From: the human T2T-CHM13v2.0 reference genome, Homo sapiens
Strand: one strand, 5' to 3'
Assembly: GCF_009914755.1 (NCBI RefSeq)
Contig: NC_060930.1
DNA: 64,000 bases
Part shown: one piece after another, positions 12,270 to 24,850 of the stretch
How positions within the stretch are numbered: position 1 is the stretch's first letter
How the letters are laid out: each line of letters opens with the position of its first letter
Program-made: the position numbers and the translations under genes
The notes under the pieces: generated by a model
Database searches by the model: none
What the model saw: only the letters and a program-made list of their open reading frames with translations
What the model was told of the DNA's origin: nothing

Positions 12270-15200
12270 AATAAATAAAACAGTACCTCACATCTCAATA
12301 CTAACATTGAATGTTAAGGGCCTAAATGTTCCTCTTAAAATACACAGAACGGCAGAATGGATAATAATTCACTAACCAAGTATCTGCTGTCTTCAAGAGA
12401 CTCATCTAACTCAAGAAGACTCACATTAACTTAAGGTAAAGGGGTGGAAAACAATATTCCATGCAAATGGACATCAAAACTGAGCAGGAGCAGCTATTCT
12501 TATATCAGACAAAACAAACTTTAAGGCAACAGCAGTTAAAAAAGACAAGAAGAGACATTATATAATGATAAAACGACTTGTCCAACAGGAAAATGTCACA
12601 ATCCTAAATAAATATGCACCTAACATTGGTGCTCCCAAATTTATAAAACAATTACCACTAGACCTAAGAACTGAGATAGACAGCAGCACAATAATAGGGG
12701 GAAACTTCAATAATCCATTGACAGCACTAGACAGGTAGGTCATCAAGACAGGAGGTCAGCAAAGAAAAAATGGATTTAAACTATACCTTAGAACAAATGG
12801 ACTTCACAGATATTTACAGAACATTCTACTCAACACTTGCAAAATATACATTCTATTTATCAGCACATGGAATATTCTCCAAGATAGACCATATGATAGG
12901 CCACAAAAGAAGTCTCAATAAATTTAAGAAAATTGAAATTATATCAAGGACTCTCTGAGACCACAGTGGAATAAAATTGGAAATCAACTCCTAAAGGAAC
13001 CCTCAAAACCATGAAAATACATGGAAGTTAAATAACCTGCTTCTGAATGATCATTGCATCAACAATAAAATCAACATGGAAATAAAAAAATTTTTAAATT
13101 GAATATTAATAGTGGCACAACCAATCAAAACCTCTGGGATACAGCAAAGGAAGTGCTAAGAGGAAAGTTCATAGCCTTAAATGCCTACATCAAAGAGTCT
13201 GGAAGAGTGCAAACAGACAATCTAAGGTCACACAACAAGGAACTAGAGAAACAAGAACAAACCAAACCCAAACCCAGCAGAACAAAAGAAATAACAAAGA
13301 TCAGAGAAGAACTAAATGAAATTAAAATTTAAAAAAATACAAAAGATAAAACAAAATCTAGTTATTGAAAAAATAAAATTGGTAGACCATTAGCAAGATT
13401 AACCAAGAAAAGAAGAGAGATCCAAATGAGCTCAATTAGAAATGAAATGGGAGACATTACAACTGATACCAAAGAAATACAAAAAAATCATTTGAGGCTA
13501 CTATGAACACCTTTACATACATAAACTAGAAAACCTAGAGGAGATGGCTAAATTTCTAGAAAGATACTACCAGGAGAATGGCGTGAACCCAGGAGGCAGA
13601 GCTTGCAGTGAGCTGAGATTGTGCCACTGCACTCCAGCCTGGGTGACAGAGCGAGACTCCATCTCAAAAAAAAGAAAGAAAGAAAGAAAGAAAGATACTA
13701 CTCTTCTAGATTAAACCAGGAAGAAACAGAAACCCTGAACAGACCAATAACACCCAGTAAGATTGAAATGGTAATAAAAATAATGCCAATAAAAAAAGAC
13801 CCAGGACCAGACAGAATCACAGCTGAATTCCAGAAGACATTCAAAGAATTTGTACAAATGCTATTGACACTATTAATGAAGTAGAGAAAAAGGAGATCAT
13901 CCCTAAATCATTCTATGAAGCCAGTATTACCCTGATACGAAAACCAGGAAAGGACATAACCAAAACAAAAAAATTACAGACCAATATCCCTGATGAACAT
14001 AGATGCAAAAATCCTCAACAAAATAATAGCAAACCAAATCCAACAGCATATCAAATAGATAATCCCCCATTATCAAATGTGTTTCATACTAGGGATGCAA
14101 GATGGTTTAATATAGGCAAGTCAATAGAATTAAAAACAAAAATCACATGATCATGTCAATGGATGCAGAAAAAGCATTTGACAAAATCCAGTATCTCTTT
14201 ATGATTAAAACCCTCAGTAAAATTGGCATAGAAGGGACATATCTTAAGGTAATAAAAGCTATCTATGACAAACACACAGCCAACATTATACTGAAAGGGA
14301 CAAAGTAGAAAGCATTCCCCCTGAGAACTGGAACAGTACAAGGATGCCCACTTTCACCACTCCTACTCAATACAGTACTAGAAGTCCTAGCCAGAGCAAT
14401 CAGACAAGAGAAAAAAATAAAGGGCATCTACATTGGTAAACAGGAAGTCAAACTGTTGCTGTTTGATGATGATATAATTGTATACCTAGAAAACCCTCAA
14501 GATTCATCCAAAAAGCCCCTAGAACTGATCAATGAATTCAGCAAAGTTTCAGGATACAAAATTCATGTATACAAATCAGTAGCTTTGCTATACACCAAGC
14601 GTGACCAAGCTGAGAATCAAATCAAGAACTCAACCCCTTTTACAATAGCTGCAAAATAAAATAAAATACCTAGGAATATTCCTAACCAAGGAAGTGAAAG
14701 AACTCTACAAGGAAAATTACAAAACAATGCTGAAAGAAATCATATACCAACAAACAAATAAAAACACATCCCATGCTCATGGATGGGTAGAATCAATATT
14801 GTGAAAATGACCATACTGTCAAAAGCAATCTACAAGTTCAATGCAATTCCAATTAACATACCACCATCATTCTTCACAGAACTAGAAAAAACAATCCTAA
14901 AATACATATGGAGCCAAAAAAGAGCCCATGTAGCAAAAGCAACATTAAGCAAAAAGAATAAATCTAGAGGTATCACATTACTCAAATTCAAACCATACTA
15001 TAAAGCCATAGTCATCAAAACAGCATGGTACTGGCATAAAAACAGGCACATAGATCTATGGAACAAAATAAAGAACCCAGAAATAAACCCTAATACTTAC
15101 AGCCAACTAATCTTCGACAAGCAAACAAAAATATAAAGTAGAGAAGGGACACCCTATTCAACAAATGGTGCTGAGATAATCGACAAGCCACATGTAGGAG

Positions 15201-16181
15201 AATGAAACTGGATCCTCATCTTTCACCTTATACCAAATTCAACTCAAGATGGATCAAGGACTTAAATCTAAGAGATGAAACCATAAAAATTCTAGAAAAT
15301 AACATTGGAAAAACTCTTCTAGACATTGGCTTAGGCAAAGACTTCATGACCAAGAATCCAAAAGCAAATGCAACAAAAACAAAGATAAATAGATGAGACT
15401 TAATTAAACTAAAGGGCTTCTGCACAGCAAAAGAAATAATCAGCAGATTAAACAGACAGCCCGAAGAGTAGAAGATAATCTTTGCAAACTGTGCATCCAA
15501 GAAAAGACTAATATTCAGAATCTACAAGGAGCTCAAACAAATCAGCAGGAAAAAAAAAAAGAATCTCATCAAAAAGTGGGCTAATAACATGAATAGACAA
15601 TTCTCAAAAGAAGATATACAAATGGCTAACGCACATATGAAAAAATGTTCAGCATCACTAATTATCAGGGAAATGTAAATCAAAACCACAGTGAGATACC
15701 ACCTTGCTCCTGCCAGAATGCCCATAATCAAAACATAATAGGTGTTGGCATGGATGTGGTAAACAGGGAACACTTTTACACTGCTGTTACATTGAATGTA
15801 AACTAGTACAATTACTATGGAAAACAGTGTGGCAGTTCCTTAAAAAACTAAAAGTAGACCTACCATTTGATCCAGCAATCCCACTAATGGGTATCTACTC
15901 AGAGCAAAAGAAGTCACTATACAAAAAAGATACTTGCACACCCATGTTTATAGCAGCACAATTTGCAATTCCAAAAATATGGAATCAGCCCAAATGCGCA
16001 TCAATCAATGAGTGGATAAAGAAAATATGATATATACCATTAAATATTACTCAGCCATAAAAAGGAAGAAAAAATGGCATTTGCTGCAACCTGCATGGAA
16101 TTGGAGACCATTATTCTAAGTGAAGTAACTCAGGAATGCAAAACCAAACATCGTCTATTCTCACTCATAAGTGGGAGCTAA
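12270..16181 (+). pseudogene. L1 ORF2p (endonuclease/reverse transcriptase) remnant
   Basis: Fragments DLNYTLEQMDFTDIYRTF...FSKIDHMIGHK (EN), [13 protein letters not shown] (mutated FADD), [36 protein letters not shown]. Many stops and frameshifts. Confidence 0.9.
13571..13688 (+). mobile_element. 5'-truncated AluY (3' part of right arm) inserted in L1PB ORF2
   Basis: AluY-diagnostic 'caggagaatggcgtgaacc...gagcttgcagtgagc', A/GAAA tail, exact 13-bp TSD AGAAAGATACTAC at 13558-13570 and 13689-13701. Confidence 0.93.
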
Positions 16182-16395
16182 GTTATGAGGATGCAAAGGC
16201 ATAAGAATCATGCAATGGACTTTGGGAATTTGGGGGAAAGAGTGAGAGGGAGTGAGGGATAAAAGACTACATATTGGGTACAGTATGCACTGCTAGGGAG
16301 ATAGGTGAACCAAAATCTCAGAAGTCACCACTAAATAACTTATTCACGGAACCAAATACCACCTGTTCCACAAAAATCTATTGAAATTTTAAAAA

Positions 16396-16546
16396 GTATC
16401 TTTCTCAAAATAATATTCCTATTAGTACTAATGAAGAGATCACATTAGTCCATTTCAAAGTACAGATAACAAATGCCTTTTGTCATAAAATTATGATTTC
16501 TTAAAAATAAGGCATTCATCTTGTCAATTCTCAAAAAAAAAAAAAA
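16396..16546 (+). other. Probable L1 3'-transduced segment with its own poly(A)
   Basis: About 137 bp of non-L1 AT-rich sequence between the L1PB end and an A14 run, lying inside the TSD pair 9783-9798 / 17122-17137. AATAAG lies 21 nt before the poly(A). Confidence 0.6.
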
Positions 16547-16555
16547 GAAAAGAAA

Positions 16556-16795
16556 GAAGCCAAGGCGAGCGGGTCACCTGAGGTCAGGGGTTCGAGACCA
16601 GCCTGACTAACATGGAGAAACCCCGTCTTTACTAAAAATACAAAATTAGCCGGGTATGGTGGTGCATGCCTGTAATCTCAGCTACTCAGGAAGCTGAGGC
16701 AGGAGAATCACTTGAGCCCAGAGGCGGAGGTTGCGGTGAGCTGAGATAGCACCATTGTACTCCAGCCTGGGCAACAAGAGTGAAACTACAACTCA
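16556..16795 (+). mobile_element. AluSp-like SINE, 5'-truncated, in the L1 poly(A) tail
   Basis: Diagnostics 'catggagaaaccc', 'ggttgcggtgagc', 'gcaacaagagtgaaac'. About the first 40 nt are missing. Confidence 0.88.
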
Positions 16796-16872
16796 GAAAA
16801 AAAAGAAGAGAAAGGAAAAAGAAAAAAGGAAGGAAGGAAGGGAGGGAGGGAGGGAGGGAGGGAGAGAGAAAG

Positions 16873-16946
<74 letters not shown>

Positions 16947-17121
16947 GGAGAGAGAAAGAAAGAGAAAAAAGAAAGAAAGAAAAAAGAAAGAAAGGAAGGA
17001 AGGAAGAAAAAAGAAAGAAGAAAGAAAGAGAAAGAAAGAGAAAGAAAGAAAGAAAGAAAGAAGAAAGAAAGACACAAAGAAAGGAAGAAAGAAAGAAAGG
17101 GAAAGAAAAAAGAAAGAAAGG
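16796..17121. repeat. Compound polypurine microsatellite (GAAA/GGAA/GGGA)n
   Basis: About 325 bp almost purely A/G, with a pure (GAAA)18 at 16874-16945. Confidence 0.97.
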
Positions 17122-20110
17122 GAAAGTGAGATCATTGTACGATTGTGAATTTGTTTCTGGGTTCTCTATTCTGTTCCATTGGTCTCTGTGTCTGTTTTTA
17201 TGCCAGTAACATTCTATTTTAGCTAGCATAGCTCCATAGTATAATTTGAAGTAATGTGACTCCTCCAATTTTGTACTTTTTGCTAAGGATGGCTTTGGCT
17301 CTTCCGGGCTTTTTGTGGTTCCACATAAGTTTTAGGATTGATTTTTCTATTTCTGTGAAGAAAGTCATTGGCATTTTGAGAGGAATTGTACTGAACCTGT
17401 AGGTTTCTGTGAGTAGTATAGGCATATTAACAACATTAATTCTTTCAATTCATGAACATGGACTCTCCATTTTGTTGTGTCTTCCTCAATTTCTTTTATC
17501 AGTGGTTTATAGTTTCATTATAACGATTATTCATTTTGGTTACATTAATTCCTAGATATTTATTTCTGGCTATTCTAAATAAAATTCCTTTTTTTTTTAA
17601 TTCTTTTTCGGCTTGCTCACTTTTGGCACATAAAAGTGCTACTGATTTTTTATGTTGATTTTGTATCTTGAAACTTTCCTGAATTTATCAGTTCTAGTAG
17701 TTTTCTTGTGGAATCTTTAAGTTTTTCCAATTATAAGATCATATCATCTGCAAACAATGATAATTTGACTTCTTTCATTCCAATTTGAATGCCATTTATT
17801 TCTGTCTCTTGTCTGATTGCTCTAGCTAGGTCTTTGAGTACTATGTTGAATAACAGTGGTGAAAGTGGATATTTATGTCATGTTCTCAGCCTTAGAGGAA
17901 AGGCTTTTGGTTTGTCCCCATTCAGTATGATACTGGCTCTGGGTCTGTCACATAGGACTTTTAATATCTTGGGGTATATTCCTTCAATCTCCTGTTTTTT
18001 GAGGGAATTTTATCCTGAAGGACATTAAATTTCATCAAATGCTTTTTCAGCATCAATTGAAATTTTCGTATGATTTTTATCCTTCATTCTGTTGACATAA
18101 TGTATCACTGATTTATTTGCATATGATGAAACATCTTTGCATCCCTGGAATAAATCTCAGTCGTGATGAAGGATCTTTTTAATGTGTTATTTAATTTGGT
18201 TTGCTCGTATTTTGTTGAAGATTTTTGCACCAATATTCATCAGAGATATTGTCTTATAATTTTCTTTTTTTGATGCATTTTTGTTTGGTTTTAGTATCAG
18301 GGTAATACTGGCCTCATAGAATGAGTTTGGAAGTATTCCCTCCTCCTCTATTTTTTCGGAACAGTTTGAGTAGGACTGGTATTAACTGTTCTTTAAATGT
18401 TTGGTAGAATTCAACAGTGAAGCCATCAGGTCATGGGCTTTTTTTTTGCTGGGAGACTTTTTATCACAGCTTCAGTATAATTATGTGTTATTGGTTTGTT
18501 CAGGTTTTGGATTTCTTTGTGATTCAATATTTGTAGGTGAATTTATCCATTTCCTGTAGATTTTTCAATTTATTGTCATAAAGTTGCTCATAGTAGCTAC
18601 TAATAATCCTTTTAATTTTTGCAATATCAGTTGTAATGTCTCCTTTTGCATCTCTTATTTTATTTATTTGGGTTTTCTCTCCTTTTTCCTTAGTATGGCT
18701 AACGGTTTGTCAATTTTGCTTATCTTTTTATTTCATTGATATTTCACATTTTTATTTTAAATTCATTTATTTCTGCTTTGATCTTTATTATTTCTTTTAT
18801 TCCACTAATTATGGGTTCGGTTTGCTCTTGCTTTTCTAGTTCTTTAAGATGCATTGCTAGGTGTTTACTTCAAGTTTTTTTTCTTCTTTAACGTAGGCAC
18901 TTATAGCTATAAATTTTCCTCGTAGTATTAGTTACACTGCATCCCGTAGGTTTTGGTATGTTGTGTTTCCATTATCACTTGTTTCAAGGATATTTTCAAT
19001 TTACTTCTTGATTTCTTTATTGACACATGTCATTGAGGAGCATATTGTCTAATTTCCATGTATTTATATAGTTTCCAAAATTCCTCTTGGTATTGATTTC
19101 TCATTTTATTCCATTGTGGTCAGAGAAGATGCTTGATATTATTTCAGTTTAAAAATGTTTTGAGATTTGTTTTGTTACATAACATATGGTGTATCATTGA
19201 GAATAATCCATGTGCTGAGGAGAAGGGTATGTACTCTACAGTCATTGAATGAAATGTTCTTTAAATACCTATTAAGTCCTTTTGTTGTAAAGTGTAGATT
19301 AATTCTGATGTTTCTTTGTTGATTTTCTGTCTGGAAGATAGTTTAATGCTGAAAGTGGGTTATTGAAGTCTCCAGCTATTATCATTTTGAGGTCTATCTT
19401 TCTCTTCAGTTCTAATAATATTTGCTGTATATGACTGGGTTGCTCCAGTCTTGGGTGCATGCAAATTTACAATTGTTATATCCTCTTGCTGAATTGGCCC
19501 TTTTGTCATTATATAATGACCTTGTTTGTCATTTCTTACAATTTTTGTCTTCAAGTATATTTTATCTGATATAATTATAGCTACTCTTGCTTTTTTTTTG
19601 TTTTTATTGGCATGGAATATCTTTTTCCATCCCTTTATTTTCAGTCTATGTGTATCTCTATAGGTGAAGAGTGTTTCTTGTAGGCAACAGATAGGTGGAT
19701 TTTGTTTTTGTATCCATCCCACCACTCTATCTTTTGACTGGAGAGTAGTCCATTTACATTCAATGTTATTTTGATAAGTAAGGACTTACTCATGTCATTT
19801 TGTTATTTGTTTTCTGGTTGTTTTACCATCTTCTCTTCCTAGTTTCCTTCCTTCCTGTCTTCTTTTTAGTAAAGATGATTTTCTCTGGTGGTATTATTTA
19901 ATTTCTTGCTTTTTGATATTTTGTATATTCATTGCATGGTTTTTTATTTGAGTTTGCCATAAAGCTTTCAAACACTCTCTTATAACCCATTATTTTCAGT
20001 GGATGAAAATTTAATGTGGACTGCATAAACAAATAAGAAAAATGAAAACTATAAAAACTGTACATCTTAACTTCATCTTCCCACTTTTAAGCTTTTTGTT
20101 GTTTCTCTTT
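17122..20110 (-). mobile_element. Old L1M (L1MA-like) LINE-1, ORF2 through the inter-ORF region, right part
   Basis: Minus ORFs 17219-17425 ([24 protein letters not shown]) and 19360-19725 (WIQKQNPPICCLQET...HRLKIKGWKKIFHAN, endonuclease domain). Confidence 0.9.
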
Positions 20111-20199
20111 ATATCAAAATAGTAAAAAAGTAAATTATAAAAATAATTATTATGTATAATTTTACATTTCCATTATCCAAACTTAGCATAAGAGGAAAA

Positions 20200-20410
20200 T
20201 ACTAACAACCTTATAATAAGCACTTTCTATGTGGTTTTATTTAATCCTCTAAAAACCCATTACATAATACTATTATCATTTGTATTGTGTAAGTGAGGAA
20301 GCGGAAGCTTGGGGAAGGTAACTTGTTATAGCCACATGTTTAGCAAGTGATATAATTCATGCACTCTAATGCCAAGGTCTAATTGCCTAACCTTTACATT
20401 ATGTTGCTTC
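20200..20410 (-). mobile_element. MIR SINE
   Basis: 'ttatttaatcctctaaaaaccc...actattatcatt...gtgaggaagcggaagctt...ggtaacttg...tagcaagtg'. Confidence 0.65.
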
Positions 20411-21456
20411 CTGAAGACCTGATCAAGTCACCAGGCATGAACAAGAACCCAATAATGTACCTAATTTGTAGAGAAGGGAGATAATGGGTATGAAGGCGAC
20501 CTAGGAGAAGCCATTATGTGCCTTCATTACAGCAGAATAATATAAGATCTCTTGAGGCTTTTTAAGTTCTAGTGGGACTAGGGCCTACTTTCCATATTTT
20601 TGCAGGAGATGTTATTATTGGAAAGTCTTGCCTACCACTTATGTTGAGACATAGAAGGTGTCATTGACAAAATTTGCCCTGAAATTTTGAGTATGAAGTT
20701 AAGTTTGATGTAGAAATTCTGTCACTAAGGGCTCAGCTAGCTGGCAGTTGCCGTCATTAGACCTTAGATTTACTCCACACTCAGGAGTAGCATTTTTGTT
20801 TCAATGAAGGTTATGTCTGCAGCGTGAAGAGAACACATTCTGAATTTACAGGCTGCACCTGCAAATACAAAATCCAGTTATTGTTGGTGTTGGTATTTTT
20901 AAAGTCTATTTCCTGCAAGAATCTATCAGCAATACACTTACCATGTGCCAAATACATATATGTATATATATATATAGCTCCTCTAGCTGCAGCTGATTCC
21001 TACTGTACCTCAGTTTACCTCACATTTGGCTCATGTCACCAACAGAAAAACCACTCCCAATTTTAATGTGGAATGCTGTCAGACACAACCTCATGATTTG
21101 TAGATGAGCTCATATGTTGCTCTCCAGCCCAAATCAGCACTTTCTCCATATGTCTCATATAAGCCAGACTCCCATTTGGCTTTGGCTGTGAAGAGTAATT
21201 CAGATTTGGGAAAGGCAAGATGGTCTTGCCAACTTAGCTACTTTTGAGAGGAAGATTACCCAAGCTGTTAGCACAGCCCAGAGGGGTGAGGAGTCTCGAT
21301 CCAGAAACATCCAGGGGTATAGTAGTTGCCTGGCCAGAGGCTTTCACTCTTTTTTGACCATAAGCCACAGTAGGAAATAGCATGCAATACTACAGCAATC
21401 CAGTGCATACGTGGCTATAGATACATGTATGTGGGTAGGTACGGTCACATGCACAG

Positions 21457-21457
<1 letters not shown>

Positions 21458-21501
<44 letters not shown>
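21458..21501. repeat. (CA)22 microsatellite
   Basis: Pure CA run. Confidence 0.97.
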
Positions 21502-21505
<4 letters not shown>

Positions 21506-22234
21506 GAAACTGCCCTTGCATTTGCTATTTTATTTCATTTGTTAAAACATGTTGGCCATGTATTAGCCTTTTCAGAAAGGCTAGAAAATTGCCTCCAGAC
21601 CACATGGGTAATATGGAACACAACCTGTATTTGAACTTGAGTCTCTCCACCGCAATGCCCAGGTCCTTGTGATGGGTTCTCTCATTTCCTCCTTAACCTC
21701 CTCCTAAAGCCAGACTTTAAGTCTTCCTCCAGTCACCAGGCCAGCATTCGGGGAAGCAGCCTCCTCTTCCAGGGCTTATTTCCTGGGAATTCTTAAGGCC
21801 TGTAGCTGCTGCCTTCTTGTTTTATAGACCGCTTTAGCAGAAATACACTCATTCTCTCTCTCCTCAATTCAAATGCAAGGGTAGTAGCTGCACATTTTTA
21901 CATAAGACAGAGTCTGCTAGCTTTTAATTCAGACTCAACAACCCCAATGAAGCTGGCACAGCTGTAATTTAAAGCAGAAATGAGGCTGTGGAAGTCAAGC
22001 AAGAATTTAATACAACAAGCTATGAAATTTTATTTCGAGGTTTATTTCTAGGTTTTCAGATAGACTTGAGGAAGAATGTTTTGACAATCCTGATAAAAAC
22101 TCTCTAAAGGGAATTGACTGTTGGGCAAAGTCAAAACCAGAAGATGATAAGTAATATGGTAGATGGTGCCTTGGGCTACATGCAAGGTCACCTAGTAGGA
22201 TGCGTAGCTTGAGTGCTGAAGTGAAACTCAGAAA

Positions 22235-22335
22235 CCCTGAGATCTAGCCCCAGTCTGCCACTAACCAGCTGTGTGACCTTGAGTTTAGGGATTTTAACTC
22301 TCTGCCCTTCACAGAGAAGATATAGTGTGAGATTA
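22235..22335 (+). mobile_element. MIR fragment
   Basis: 'ctgagatctagccccagtctgccactaaccagctgtgtgaccttgag'. Confidence 0.7.
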
Positions 22336-22842
22336 AACCTGTATTTTCTTCAGCCAGACTAAATTTTGAGTTCTAACACTCAAAAGGGCTCCTTTCAAAT
22401 TTATTGATCAGAAAATAGATTATCATTAAAAATGTTTCTCCTGTCATCTTCCTGTGGCTCCCTGAAATAAAGGGAAAGCTAAATTAAAGCAGAATGTATG
22501 TTAAAGGCAGTCATGGCTTAAAGTGTTACATAGACCTCTGTGTAGAGTATTGTCACAGAGCTGCCCCTCCACCCCAGCACCCAGCAGATCACCATTTATC
22601 AGATTCCTTAATAATATCAACACACCCCTTGGGAAGTCAATGTAAAGTCACCCCTTCACTTTCTCACTCTGGAAGTGATAGGTTAAAATAGAATACCACT
22701 TCATGAGATTAAAACTATTTGCTTCAAAGAAATTTGAAATTGGTAATTGAAAAAAATTAATATGTCAAAAAACAGTAATGTGCTCTAGCAGAGGAGGAAG
22801 AAGCCTAAGAAACCAGCAGCATGGCACATGTCATTTATGTGA

Positions 22843-22895
22843 ATAAAGCCTGGCACACAGAAGGTGTTCAACACATAATTGCTGAATAAATGAGC
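22843..22895 (+). mobile_element. L2 3' end
   Basis: 'gcctggcacacagaaggtgttcaacacataattgctgaataaatga'. Confidence 0.65.
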
Positions 22896-24299
22896 TTACA
22901 ATCTGATAGGCCAGCCAAAAGATTAGTGCTTCCAGCAAAAAAAAAAAAAAAAGACAATGGCATTTCATAGAATAGGAGGAGAGTGTTTGGGGAGCCTCAT
23001 ATGATTTCACTGGGATAAGTATATAGTCTTTTGATAATTTTTTTTAAAGAAGCTTAAAATAATGAAGAAACTACAAACAGCTCTGCCAGCTTCCATCCAC
23101 CCAAATCACTTTCTTTTGATAAGCAGAGAAGAAGAGAAACACGGAATATACTTATTAAAGATTTCCCTAAAGTGTTTAGCTGTTCTACAACATGGTGGGA
23201 AGGTTTTAGTTTTTAAAATAAGTGGGAAAGAATTAAATTGCCTTTCCATACTGCTCCCAGATTTTTATGTCTGTATCTCAAGCACAGTGTTTGAATAACT
23301 TGCCTTACAAAAGAAAGGTAGAAACTAAATTAAGCTAATAAAAAGCCCAGAAGAGCTAGCCAATGGGGAAAGGAGATCTTGCTTAAGTCTTAAGAGGCAA
23401 AGAAAGTTGAGAGCTCGAAGGGGTTGGGAAGAGAGATATTATATCATTCTAGAAACAAAACTCATAGAAATGAGATAAGGAGAAGGGAAACTGAGTGATA
23501 GCTTGGAAATTTGCTAATAACGAGAAGTCTATTTCCCTAGAGGCAACCCATCACATCAGGCAGATTGGACCAGACTGAGATGCTGTTTCCTAGAGAACTG
23601 GTTCTTCCCTCAGCTCGTTTCAATGACAATGAGCATTTCTAGTTGAGTGCGAGAAGACATGAAGGGCATCTTTTATTTTCCTAAGAGGAAATTGAACCTA
23701 TGCATCGTAAGACTTCAGCATGTGCCTGTGTATGAAAAATATGAGCCAAATGCTTTTGAAAAGAAACAGAAGTATTCTGCCCTTGTGACAGAGAAGTGTC
23801 CAAGAACAAAGACAGAGGTATTTCAGCATGCAATTCCTATCCTACAGGCTCTTTGTTGTGATACATTTTATGACCAACTTTAAAGACATTGACCTGTTGA
23901 TCTTGTTCTGGTTTTTATTCACTACATCCTTCTTAACATAAGAAAAAATCCCTTAGGAAAAGCAAGATTTTTATTTCCAAAAAAAAAAAATCTACACAGA
24001 GCCCCAGTATCCTAATAGTCTCTCTCCTGCCATATAGAACATTCACTGCTTTAAATGTATAAAAAAGGAAAATTGCACCATGAAACAAACTTGAGAGTGT
24101 GGCAAGAGTCCCACCCATGTGTTGCCTCGTGGGTGGAATTAGAGATCTAATCTACAAAGACACCTCAAGTTGCCTTACCAGATGCCCTCTGATTGGCTGA
24201 AGGCTGAGTTATGCTAAGAAGTCACTCTTTCATTGAACAAAATTTCTAATTAACACTGAAAATGTGTGGTAGCTAAGTTGCTGGTGAAGACAGGGTATC

Positions 24300-24850
24300 T
24301 CCTCATTCTTCTTAGCTGAAGCTAGATTAAACTATAAAAAGGGGACAATATAATTGCTCACGGTGGGGCATGGTGTTTTCTCCTGCACAAACATATAATT
24401 AGGCTGTCTTAACCTCCCCATTCAGCAATAAACACCACTTCACAGACTAATTTACAGGCAAGAGTCGCAGAAGGCTGTGGAATAAACTCTCAGGGTGACA
24501 GGCCCTGAAGTTCAGTTAAAAGAGAGCAGCTTCACTATTTCAAGTCAGCAAAAATCTTTTTGCACTTACTACAAACTAAAATGAGATTGAAATAAGGGCT
24601 ATGCATTCAAAACATTGAACACACCAGCTAATAAAAAATACATTTGTGACTGGTCGTAAAAATAGAGAATGTAATTGGCTATACCCTAGAAATATCTTTT
24701 ACTTACAATATTTGGGAAGACAGGGGTCTCCATAATATTGACTTTGCTAACACGTCTACATTTTTCTGTCCACCATAATTATGCATCAGTCAGCGACACC
24801 TCACTTTTGTAGCTGCCAACAGGCCTTGATTCAGGCAGTGGGAGGTAGGC
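24300..24850. promoter_or_regulatory. Candidate enhancer block with homeodomain-type motifs
   Basis: No recognisable repeat. TAATTA/TAATTG sites, CTAATAAAA 24628, GGTCGTAAAA 24652, TGACAG, GTCAGCAAAAA. Function is inferred. Confidence 0.35.

Larger units (their letters stand above)
9799..16395 (+). mobile_element. Near full-length L1PB LINE-1 (5' UTR, ORF1, ORF2, 3' UTR), inactivated
   Basis: About 1.4 kb GC-richer 5' UTR, ORF1 and ORF2 remnants, and an L1PB-type 3' end 'aaaagactacatattgggtacagt...caaaatctcagaagtcaccactaaa...ctattgaaa'. Confidence 0.92.

Noticed and set aside
9799-16395. Retrotransposition-competent L1
   Set aside because: ORF1 and ORF2 have many stops and frameshifts, the FADD motif reads FDDD, and an AluY sits in ORF2.
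16686-17268. Five ORFs of 94-160 aa rich in K/E/R or F/L/S
   Set aside because: Translations of the stop-free GAAA microsatellite and flanking Alu/L1 sequence, not genes.
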